Below are positions 1-8,705 of a stretch of 35,841 nt of DNA, piece after piece. The position numbers and the translations under genes were made by a program. This DNA is from Thermoplasmata archaeon. Lineage in GTDB: Archaea > Thermoplasmatota > Thermoplasmata > GCA-020350865. How positions within the stretch are numbered: the stretch's first letter is position 1; the number at the start of each line of letters is the position of its first letter. The notes below the pieces were generated by a model. That model searched no databases, had not been told where the DNA came from, and was given only the letters and a program-made list of their open reading frames with translations. The stretch covers positions 1,039,309 through 1,075,149 of the forward strand of contig CP070751.1 of assembly GCA_020348445.1 (NCBI GenBank). The letters run 5' to 3'.

Positions 1-3000
1 TGGGAAGGATATGGAGGTTATGTGGCAAGTGGTGTTAGTACCTGGGTCTCGGGTGATGGTGTTATCACAATTCAAGGCATACCACAAGATGCCACCGTTG
101 AACAGGCATTCCTATACTGGATGTGCGAGTTTTATAATCCCTACATTAACTTTGAATATGATGTTGTCATGGGAACTCAAATCGGTGTTGACGGAACATG
201 GTATTCTTTTCGCGGGGATGTTACTAGCATCGTCGAAAGAAACGGCGATTATCACATTATTAATATGACTGGATTCGGTGCAAGTATAGTCGCCGTTTAT
301 TCGCATCCTTCTTCAAGATATACAGCTGTATTGATAAACGATGGACAAGACACAAATTTTGGGGATTCCCCTCCACAATGGCTAACTGAGACTTCTTTCT
401 ATGGATTTTATGCATCCATTGATCCTTTAGCAAATGTCACCTACATACTGGGGGACGGGCAGACATATTATGAAGGTGAATGGCGCCATGACATGTACTC
501 CTTCAACGGTGTTGTTATCGCAACTGACGAAGCAGATGGCTCAGACGGCAACGGCGATACCCATGGATGGGACACAGACACATACAATGTATCGGAATAC
601 GTAAAACCAGGGGATTTCAGGGCCGTGGCAAATATTTACGAGGACAACGATGATTTGGGCTGGGTGGCGTCGGTTTTTTCTGTCACCATGGGGGCCACGT
701 ATGTACCACCGAAGGCAGATGCAGGTCCCGATCAAACCGTAAATGAAGGGGATCTTGTGTATTTAGTGGGCAATGACTCAGTCGGTGGTGCGTTTTACGG
801 TATCACTCCACCGAAGAATTTGGTGAGTTGGTGGCCGGGGGAAGAAGATGCCGAGGATATCGCAGACTCGAACCACGGAACATTGATTGATGGAACAACA
901 TTTGACGTTGGAAAGGTAGGACAGGCTTTCAGTTTTGATGGTTCAAACGATAGGGTTGGTGTTGCCGATTCTGACAATCTCAAGATAACTGGTTCCATGA
1001 CAATCGATGCCTGGATTTTTATCAAGTCTTTTCCAAATCCATCACCAGGACTTGGACACATTCTATTTCGGGGCGACAGCCGAAGCGGTCATGATCCTTA
1101 CTATTTATGCATACTTTACAACGGAAATATCAGATTTCACGTAGAGAACCTTACCGAATGGGTGAATCTCGAGGTTCCAATCCCAGAAAATCGATGGGTA
1201 CTTGTTGTTGCGACCCTTGACAACGCAACAGGCTTGATGAGAATCTACATTGACGGTACCCTGGCTGTCGAGATTGTTACCGCTATTAGGCCGTACAGAG
1301 ATTTGGATCCTTTATGGAGCCCCGGCATAGGTATTGGTAACCATGCCCCTTCTGGGATATACAACCATCCATTCCATGGGTTAATAGATGAGTTGGAAAT
1401 CTTCTCCCGTGCCCTTAATGATTCAGAGATCCAAGCTTTATTTACAGCAGATATTGCAGGTAAATTTAGAAATACTAGTTCCGAAGTCCCAATAGTCTCA
1501 TATGAATGGGACTTTGAAAGTGACGGTATCTTTGATTATCTGGAAACCATAAGTGATGCTCCTGATGGAGCTTTCGACGGAAACACAGCACATGTTTATG
1601 GCGATAATGGAGTATATACAGTCACCTTAAGGGTAACAGATGATAGTGGTGCTGATGATACAGATACCTGTGTTGTTATAGTAAACAATGTCGCACCCAC
1701 AATCCAGCCCTTTGGACCTTTCATTATAGAGGAAGGCTCTACATTAAGCATAGACGGGATTGCCTCAGATCCAGGCAGTGATGATCTTAACTTTATCTGG
1801 AGTTGGGGGGATGGAACACCATTTAATACCTCTGTTTATTACAACGATGGTGCAAATCCTGATCCATACCCAAGCCCGAACGGTATCTTTCCATTCTCCA
1901 AAATCAATTCCACTAACCACACATACGTAAATTGTGGGATTTATAAATTAAATCTCACGGTGGTGGATGATGATGACGGGATTACCGTTTATTTAACAAA
2001 TGTTACTGTAATCAGTATCTCTCCTCCCGTCCTTTATATCAACACGAGCGACGATAAAGAAGACGTGATACTCTATTGGGAACACCATTTTCCTTTGGGT
2101 GTTGATCATTACCTAATTTACCGCTCAACATCTCAGATCGCCTTCGATTTTAACACAGTATGGGTGGACACATCTTGTGATAATGAAACAGGCGAGTTAA
2201 GCCCAATAGCAAAGAGAACCATGTGGAATGATACCTTCGCAGCACTTCCTGAGCATGATAACTATGAAGAGCAGTATTATTATGTGATAAGGATGGTGAA
2301 TATCCTCGGTAATATCAGCAGAACAAGCAGAACAGTGGGGAAGTGGACAAAGCAATTTCCAAGTGGAGAATCGACCTTCTCTTTACCTCTTTTACCAATG
2401 GAACCTTTCTACACAGAATATTATACAACAGGAATGTGTGCCAACTACATCAGATATATGGACCCAGTGACTCACAGGTGGCGGGAGCACAATTTCGGAG
2501 CAGGCATCGGAAACAATGTGGAAATGAAATTGGGTGAAGGTTATGAGGTGAGATTCTCAAGCCCGACAAACTATACATTTACAGGAATGCCCGGTGCCAT
2601 GATAAGTTACCTTGATGCGTCATTTGGTTTTGATGCCACACCAGAAATTGGAGACGCCCAGAACCTCTCAGTTAATGTAGATATAAGCGGTAATGTGATC
2701 ATATCCTGGGTAATCCCAGAAAAAACGAGTCTCGGTGTCTCTTATTGGGTATATCGTTCTGAGAAAAGGGATGGATTTTGGGGAACTGCAGGTATTGATT
2801 ACGAGAAAATCTATAGAGCTGATGGGATTGGCAATCCTGGCGAAACTGTGATGGTCTGCGATCCCTTTGTTGTTTTACCTGGAACAGAACGTTATTACAT
2901 GATCGTCCCATATAATAATTTAACAGGTAAAAAGGGCGTGAGTACTTACAGCATCGGAATTTGGGCCGAGGAATACTCATGTGGATACGACTCCGTTGGT

Positions 3001-3216
3001 ATCCCGCTAAAATTGAAAGATAATCATACTGCAGATTGGTATTGCGACAGGATAACAGATACCGAGGGAATCAACTATTTCAACAGCTCAAAGGAGCGTT
3101 GGTACTGGCACTCGACCATAATGCCTGTTGGAGCATTTGATACAAATTTGGTGATGACAGAAGGGTACCAAATATCGACCAGGAATGTCACGGGATTTGC
3201 TTTTATAGGGGTTTAA
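1..3216 (+). CDS. Large secreted/surface protein, 5'-truncated: DUF3344-like N-terminal domain, PKD with inserted LamG (concanavalin-like) domain, second PKD, two FN3-like + GWNL-type half-module units
   Basis: Frame is open from base 1 (WEGYGGYVASG...), so the true start lies upstream of the window. Motifs: GIPQDATVEQAFLYW; ADAGPDQTVNEGD...VSYEWDF...HVYGDNGVYTVTLRVTDD (PKD); LVSWWPGE...GKVGQAFSFDG...FHGLIDELEIFSRAL (LamG). No C-terminal TM segment. Confidence 0.85.
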   Translation, partial: WEGYGGYVASGVSTWVSGDGVITIQGIPQDATVEQAFLYWMCEFYNPYINFEYDVVMGTQIGVDGTWYSFRGDVTSIVERNGDYHIINMTGFGASIVAVYSHPSSRYTAVLINDGQDTNFGDSPPQWLTETSFYGFYASIDPLANVTYILGDGQTYYEGEWRHDMYSFNGVVIATDEADGSDGNGDTHGWDTDTYNVSEYVKPGDFRAVANIYEDNDDLGWVASVFSVTMGATYVPPKADAGPDQTVNEGDLVYLVGNDSVGGAFYGITPPKNLVSWWPGEEDAEDIADSNHGTLIDGTTFDVGKVGQAFSFDGSNDRVGVADSDNLKITGSMTIDAWIFIKSFPNPSPGLGHILFRGDSRSGHDPYYLCILYNGNIRFHVENLTEWVNLEVPIPENRWVLVVATLDNATGLMRIYIDGTLAVEIVTAIRPYRDLDPLWSPGIGIGNHAPSGIYNHPFHGLIDELEIFSRALNDSEIQALFTADIAGKFRNTSSEVPIVSYEWDFESDGIFDYLETISDAPDGAFDGNTAHVYGDNGVYTVTLRVTDDSGADDTDTCVVIVNNVAPTIQPFGPFIIEEGSTLSIDGIASDPGSDDLNFIWSWGDGTPFNTSVYYNDGANPDPYPSPNGIFPFSKINSTNHTYVNCGIYKLNLTVVDDDDGITVYLTNVTVISISPPVLYINTSDDKEDVILYWEHHFPLGVDHYLIYRSTSQIAFDFNTVWVDTSCDNETGELSPIAKRTMWNDTFAALPEHDNYEEQYYYVIRMVNILGNISRTSRTVGKWTKQFPSGESTFSLPLLPMEPFYTEYYTTGMCANYIRYMDPVTHRWREHNFGAGIGNNVEMKLGEGYEVRFSSPTNYTFTGMPGAMISYLDASFGFDATPEIGDAQNLSVNVDISGNVIISWVIPEKTSLGVSYWVYRSEKRDGFWGTAGIDYEKIYRADGIGNPGETVMVCDPFVVLPGTERYYMIVPYNNLTGKKGVSTYSIGIWAEEYSCGYDSVGIPLKLKDNHTADWYCDRITDTEGINYFNSSKERWYWHSTIMPVGAFDTNLVMTEGYQISTRNVTGFAFIGV

Positions 3217-3352
3217 AACAAAGGCTCTCCTTCGAAAGATGTTTTATGTATTAATGAGATTAAATAATCATACCAAGTAAAAAAGGAATGTGAATACCCG
3301 CGGTAATTCTTGATATAAATAGCCAGAATATCCAAGAGAAAAATAAAGTCAG

Positions 3353-4549
3353 TTACTCCTTTATTTTTTTGAACTCTTCCACTAAAAGGGGTACGACCTC
3401 GTGCAGATCACCCACGATCCCGTAATGGCAGATCTTGAATATAGTGGCATCTGGGTCCTTGTTTATTGCTACTATGATGTCGCTGTTCTGCATTCCGGCT
3501 CTGTGCTGAATCGATCCTGATATTCCGCATGCTATGTACAAACTGGGCCGAACTGTTTTACCGGTCTGGCCAACCTGGTGATCCTGTTCGATCCATCCCT
3601 TTTCCACTGCAACACGAGAGCCTCCAACCTCCCCCTCAAGGACCGTGGCAAGCTCCTGTATTACCTTAAATCCATCCTTGCTTCCCACACCCCTTCCACC
3701 TGAGACTATGATATTGGCCTCCTCGAGATTGACACGCTTTTTGGCCTCTTTCACAATCTCAAGAATCTTTGTCTTTATTTCATCATCGCTCAGTTTCACT
3801 GTGAAGTCGATTACATCCCCCTTCCGAGAGGAGTCAGGATCCAGTTCCTTCATGATACCTGGTCTTACTGTGGCCATCTGTGGCCTGTGGTTCGGTGTTA
3901 TGATGGTAGCCATGATGTTGCCACCAAAGGCAGGTCTGGTCTGAAGCAGTATCTTCTCATCAGGTTCGATGGTAAGCTCAGTGCAATCCGCTGTCAAGCC
4001 CAAATCCATGCGCTGCGCAATTCTTGGAGCCAGGTCCCTTCCGATATGGGTTGCACCGTATATCACGATGTTCGGTTTGTGTTCCTTTATCATACCGCAT
4101 ATGACAGCTGCGTAGGCGTCGGTCTGGTAGTTCTTCAATTTTGGATCGTCTGCTGCATAGACCTTGTCTGCACCATGGGCGATGAGCTCCTTTGCCAACT
4201 CTTTGACATTTTCACCAAGTAGCATGGCACCCAGCTTTTGACCAAGTGCATCTGCAAGTGCTCTACCCCCTCCCAGAAGTTGATATGCCACACGTTTCAA
4301 TTCCCCGCCTCTCTGCTCTGCAAAAACCCAGACATCTGTAAACTGTGAAAAGTCGATTGCCTCTGCCTCTGCCTCCTTTTCTATCTCCTCTATTGCCTCC
4401 TCGGGACAAGCCTCGATACAAGCGTTGCAGCTGTTGCAGTTGTCCTTGATTATTGCGATCCCGTCCTTCATCTCGATTGCCTCGATGGGACAAGAATCGA
4501 TGCATGACTCGCAGCCAGTGCATTCTTCCTCGTTGACTTTTACTACCAT
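3353..4549 (-). CDS. etfA: Electron transfer flavoprotein alpha subunit with N-terminal 2x[4Fe-4S] ferredoxin domain
   Basis: CTGCESCIDSCP and CNSCNACIEACP motifs, then ETF-alpha motifs GLTADCT, TRPAFGG, IVSGGRG, QVGQTGK, YIACGISGSIQHRAGM. RBS GGTGAGGT overlaps the etfB stop. Confidence 0.95.
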   Translation of the reverse strand: MVVKVNEEECTGCESCIDSCPIEAIEMKDGIAIIKDNCNSCNACIEACPEEAIEEIEKEAEAEAIDFSQFTDVWVFAEQRGGELKRVAYQLLGGGRALADALGQKLGAMLLGENVKELAKELIAHGADKVYAADDPKLKNYQTDAYAAVICGMIKEHKPNIVIYGATHIGRDLAPRIAQRMDLGLTADCTELTIEPDEKILLQTRPAFGGNIMATIITPNHRPQMATVRPGIMKELDPDSSRKGDVIDFTVKLSDDEIKTKILEIVKEAKKRVNLEEANIIVSGGRGVGSKDGFKVIQELATVLEGEVGGSRVAVEKGWIEQDHQVGQTGKTVRPSLYIACGISGSIQHRAGMQNSDIIVAINKDPDATIFKICHYGIVGDLHEVVPLLVEEFKKIKE

Positions 4550-4550
4550 G

Positions 4551-5339
4551 TTACCTCACCACGTTATCGTCTTTTAATTTGGAAACAAGATCCTTTGCCA
4601 TATCCTCTACTGCACCTTCCAGTATTATACCCTCACCGTGAGGCTCGGGTGCAAAGGACCTTTTAACCTGTGTGGGTGACCCATCCAGCCCGATCTTCTT
4701 TGGGTCTGCTTCTATATCCTTTGCTGTCCAGACAGGGTACTCGGCCTCTCTGCATGCTTCTACAATGCCGGAAACAGAGGGATACCTGGGTTTGTTAAGC
4801 TCCTTAATTACAGTAATAAGAACAGGAAGGGTTGCTTCTATTCTTTCAAAGCCATCCTCCAAAGCTCTTTCCGCTGTCACGGTTTTTCCTTCAATCTCCA
4901 ATTTACGCACATATGTTATCTGAGGAAGGCCCAGACATTCTGCAACCTGCGGTCCAACCTGGGCTGTATCCCCATCAATTGCCTGCCTACCACATATTAT
5001 CAAATCATAATCCCCGACCTTTGAAATGGCTGTGGCCAATGTGTACGATGTGGCCCATGTATCGGCCCCGGCAAAAGCTCTGTCGCTTAATAGAATGTTA
5101 TCATCCACTCCCATGGCCTTGGATTCTCTTAGCGCATCCAACGCCTGAGGTGGGCCCATGGAAAGCACAGTAACCTTTCCGCCGTATTTCTCTTTCAGGC
5201 GCAGTGCTTCCTCGATTGCATGCTTGTCATCAGGGTTGATGATGCTAGGAACACCCTCTCTGATCAGCGTACCAGTCTTTGGATCAATCCTTACATCTGT
5301 TGTGTCCGGAACCTGTTTTATCAATACAACAATATTCAT
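4551..5339 (-). CDS. etfB: Electron transfer flavoprotein beta subunit
   Basis: MNIVVLIKQVPDT, INPDDKHAIEEAL, DRAFAGADTWATS, GRQAIDGDTAQVGP. RBS GGAGGG. Confidence 0.95.
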   Translation of the reverse strand: MNIVVLIKQVPDTTDVRIDPKTGTLIREGVPSIINPDDKHAIEEALRLKEKYGGKVTVLSMGPPQALDALRESKAMGVDDNILLSDRAFAGADTWATSYTLATAISKVGDYDLIICGRQAIDGDTAQVGPQVAECLGLPQITYVRKLEIEGKTVTAERALEDGFERIEATLPVLITVIKELNKPRYPSVSGIVEACREAEYPVWTAKDIEADPKKIGLDGSPTQVKRSFAPEPHGEGIILEGAVEDMAKDLVSKLKDDNVVR

Positions 5340-5353
5340 TGCTTCCCCTCCAA

Positions 5354-6493
5354 TTACTTCAATTTATCCCCTGCTATTACCATCCTCTGCACCTCTGAGG
5401 TGCCCTCGTAAATCTCTGTGATTTTTGCATCTCTGTAAAGTCTTTCTAGGGGATAATCTTTAATAAATCCATAACCTCCGTGAATTTGAATTGCATTTCT
5501 TGTGGCTTTCACAGCCGTGTCTGAGGCGTACAGCTTCGCCATTGCGGCCTCTGCCGAGTACCTTTTGCCTGAATCCTTGGTGAAGGCGGCTTTGTAGACA
5601 AGGAATCTTGCAGCCTGTATCTCTGTTGCCATGTCTGCTACCATCCACTGGATGGCCTGGAATTTTCCAATTGGCCTTCCGAACTGCTCCCTTTCTTTTG
5701 CGTATTTCAGGCTTTCATCCAAAGCGGCCTGGGCAATGCCCAGAGCCTGGGAGGCTATGCCGATTCTCCCTCCGTCCAAAGTTGACATGGCGATCTTAAA
5801 TCCTTTGCCTTCCTGGCCAAGGAGGTTCTCCTTTGGAAGATGCATATCCTCGAAAACCAGTTCTGCCTGAACCGAACCTCTGATTCCCATCTTGTCCTCT
5901 ACCGTGCCTATGGAAAATCCTGGGGTGTTTTTGTCCAGGATGAAGGCTGAGATTCCACGGGTCCCTTTGCTTTTATCCGTCATTCCAAAGAAGACTATGG
6001 TATCTGCCACAGCACCATTGGTTATGAAAATCTTGCTTCCGTTAACGATGTACTCGTCGCCTTCGAGCTTTGCAGTTGTCTGCTGTGACGCAGCATCTGT
6101 TCCGGCAGAAGGCTCGGTAAGGCCAAAGGCTCCCAGCTTTTCTCCATTTGCAAGGGGTGTGAGGAACTTCTTCTTCTGATCCTCTGTGCCATATGTTTCT
6201 ATTGGATAGCAAGCCAGGGAGTTATTTACAGACATGATCACGCCGTGGGAAGCGCAGACCCTTGATACCTCCTCGACACCAATTGCATAGCTTATTGTGT
6301 CCAGGCCTCCACCGCCGTATTCCTTTGGGACCGTCATGCCCATGAGGCCGAGTTTCCCCATTTTTTTGACTGTTTCTTTTGGATACTCGCAAGTCTTGTC
6401 TATCTCTGCCGCGATGGGGCGAAGTTCGGTTTCTGCAAACTCCCTTACCATCTTTCGGACCATCTCTTGCTCCTTGGTCAAAGCAAAGTCCAT
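5354..6493 (-). CDS. bcd: Short-chain acyl-CoA (butyryl-CoA-type) dehydrogenase
   Basis: AFGLTEPSAGTDA, NGSKIFITNG, DKMGIRGS, LDGGRIGIA, REQFGRPI, IQIHGGYG, YRDAKITEIYEGTSEVQRMVIA. First gene of the bcd-etfB-etfA operon. Confidence 0.93.
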   Translation of the reverse strand: MDFALTKEQEMVRKMVREFAETELRPIAAEIDKTCEYPKETVKKMGKLGLMGMTVPKEYGGGGLDTISYAIGVEEVSRVCASHGVIMSVNNSLACYPIETYGTEDQKKKFLTPLANGEKLGAFGLTEPSAGTDAASQQTTAKLEGDEYIVNGSKIFITNGAVADTIVFFGMTDKSKGTRGISAFILDKNTPGFSIGTVEDKMGIRGSVQAELVFEDMHLPKENLLGQEGKGFKIAMSTLDGGRIGIASQALGIAQAALDESLKYAKEREQFGRPIGKFQAIQWMVADMATEIQAARFLVYKAAFTKDSGKRYSAEAAMAKLYASDTAVKATRNAIQIHGGYGFIKDYPLERLYRDAKITEIYEGTSEVQRMVIAGDKLK

Positions 6494-6627
6494 AGTCTTC
6501 TCCCCTAGGGAATGTGGCGTATGAGTTTTTCAATTAATAAGGTTTCGGTTTTTTAAGGGTTGGATTGGTGTTTTTTTTCAAGGCAACTGATAACAAGATA
6601 TTTATTTTGTCAAAACAATAACTAATA

Positions 6628-8664
6628 GTGATGAATAAGAAGATAGCCGGAATTTGGCTGAGTTTAACGATGTTGTTGGGACTCATAGTAATAATCATTG
6701 AGATTCCAAATATTGTAGAAGGTCCAAAGATAATCTATGTGGACGATGAACCTGGAGAAGGACCTGGAAATCCAAAAGAGAACTTCACGAGCATTCAGGA
6801 GGCCATCGATAATGCCAGCGAAGGGGATACAATCTATGTTTACAATGGAACATATTATGAGAATGTGGTTGTGAACAAGTCCATCGACCTGGTAGGAGAA
6901 AACAAGAGTCGAACAATAATCGATGGACAGAAAAATGCAGCAACACTGCTTATCAGGGATACCATTGATGTATCTGTTAACAACTTCTCAATACACAATG
7001 GAAGCAGACCTGAAGGTTCGTTAAAGGTTGATAATGCTTCTGCAGACATTTCTTACTGCAATATCAATGGAAGTCGTGGTAATGATGAACCTCTTTTTGG
7101 TGAATCTGGGTCACCTGGGATATCATCTATTGACTCCGTAATTACTTTGATCAATTCCTCAGTATATGGAGGCAGAGGTGGTGATTACATAGTAAACGAT
7201 CCTTTGTCGATGGCGGGGGATGGCGGAGAAGGGATGACTCTCACTAATACGAATGCAATGATAATTGGAACCTATATTAAAGGGGGACATGGTGGGAAAT
7301 GGAGAGATCAAGACTTCGAGTTTGATGGCCATCTAGGGGAAAATGGGGATGGTAACGACGCTATAGTTATGGAAGATTCGGATCTCACAATCTCTTTTTG
7401 CGAGTTACGATGTGGATACGGTAAGGTAGCTGGAATTGGCTTTATGGCACAACAAGCAGGGAATTGTCTCTACGGTACAAATTCAAATTTAACTGCTATC
7501 AATAATAATATTAGGGCTAGTACATACGAAAATAGCTATGCGATATTTATTAACGATTATTGGGGCGTTTTTGATTACGAGGTACAAATCCACTATAACC
7601 AAATTACATGGGGTGATGTAGGAATATATTTAATTGGAGTGGCAAATTCTACAATTGAGGGAAACTCGATACAAAATTGTTTTACCGCGATAAAAGTCGA
7701 TTATTGCTCGCCATTGGTTGTGAATACAACGATTTCCATGATGTCTCCTTTTAGTTACATTGCATTTGATGTTATGTGGGATTCTTACCCCACCGCCTTG
7801 AACACCACTTTCGTTGGCGGTGACATTCAAATCATCTCAGGATCTAATCTTACAATTGCCTGGTTCGTAAATGTCGAGGTGAAAAACCTGGCAGATGACC
7901 CAGTTGAGGATGCGATGGTTTATATAAACGATACCTTTGGTTCAAATGAAGCCACGAGAATGACTGATAACCAAGGATGTGTAAAATGGATTCCTATTAA
8001 AGAGAGGGTAATCACTTCTAGTTCAATTATAAATTACACACCTCATTACTTATCGGCAATCAAGAACACGATGTTCGGAGACATATTTCCCAATCAAACC
8101 ATCGATAGAAACAGAGATTTTATTATTGTATTGAATTTTACATCCTTTTACCAAGATGTACAACATGGATGGAATTTAGTATGCATCCCGCTATTTATTT
8201 TAAATACATCGTTCCCAGGAATATTTAACAGAATAAATGGACAATACAACGCAGTGCAGTGGTACAACTCCACAGATTCAATGGATCACTGGAAGCATTA
8301 TCAAATTTCCAAACCGTCCCATTTAAATGATTTGGATGCAATAAACCACACAATTGGTTTTTGGATATATATCACCGAGCAAGGAGGCACCAACCTGGTA
8401 GTTTTGGGAGATAAGCTTAATTTAAACCAGACCATCAAACTACACCCTGGTTGGAACATGGTAGGCTATCCTTCTTTAAGCAATAAAAACATAACTGTAG
8501 GGCTGAACAATCTTAACTTTACCGAGGATATCGACGCGATTATATCGTACGATGCCTTTTCAAAGAAATGGGAGAAAATGGGCGAGGAGGATTACTTCCA
8601 AATCGGGCGCGGGTACTACATCCATGCCAAAAACGAATGTGTTTGGGATGTTCCGCTTCAATGA
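6628..8664 (+). CDS. Secreted parallel beta-helix (NosD/pectin-lyase-like) protein with duplicated GWN(L/M)xxxP C-terminal module
   Basis: N-terminal hydrophobic signal; FTSIQEAIDNASEGDTIYVYNGTYYENVVVNKSIDLVGE cap; beta-helix coils; HGWNLVCIP...HPGWNMVGYPS...GRGYYIH. Start GTG 6628 or ATG 6631. Confidence 0.88.
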   Translation: MMNKKIAGIWLSLTMLLGLIVIIIEIPNIVEGPKIIYVDDEPGEGPGNPKENFTSIQEAIDNASEGDTIYVYNGTYYENVVVNKSIDLVGENKSRTIIDGQKNAATLLIRDTIDVSVNNFSIHNGSRPEGSLKVDNASADISYCNINGSRGNDEPLFGESGSPGISSIDSVITLINSSVYGGRGGDYIVNDPLSMAGDGGEGMTLTNTNAMIIGTYIKGGHGGKWRDQDFEFDGHLGENGDGNDAIVMEDSDLTISFCELRCGYGKVAGIGFMAQQAGNCLYGTNSNLTAINNNIRASTYENSYAIFINDYWGVFDYEVQIHYNQITWGDVGIYLIGVANSTIEGNSIQNCFTAIKVDYCSPLVVNTTISMMSPFSYIAFDVMWDSYPTALNTTFVGGDIQIISGSNLTIAWFVNVEVKNLADDPVEDAMVYINDTFGSNEATRMTDNQGCVKWIPIKERVITSSSIINYTPHYLSAIKNTMFGDIFPNQTIDRNRDFIIVLNFTSFYQDVQHGWNLVCIPLFILNTSFPGIFNRINGQYNAVQWYNSTDSMDHWKHYQISKPSHLNDLDAINHTIGFWIYITEQGGTNLVVLGDKLNLNQTIKLHPGWNMVGYPSLSNKNITVGLNNLNFTEDIDAIISYDAFSKKWEKMGEEDYFQIGRGYYIHAKNECVWDVPLQ

Positions 8665-8705
8665 CCAACCGTAAGTATTTTATCTGGCTTAAAGTATAAA
8701 GAACA

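Noticed and set aside
6600-6622. Operator-like palindrome TTTTG-T-CAAAA between the divergent bcd and surface-protein genes
   Set aside because: Only 5-bp arms in AT-rich DNA, with no second copy and no regulator gene nearby.
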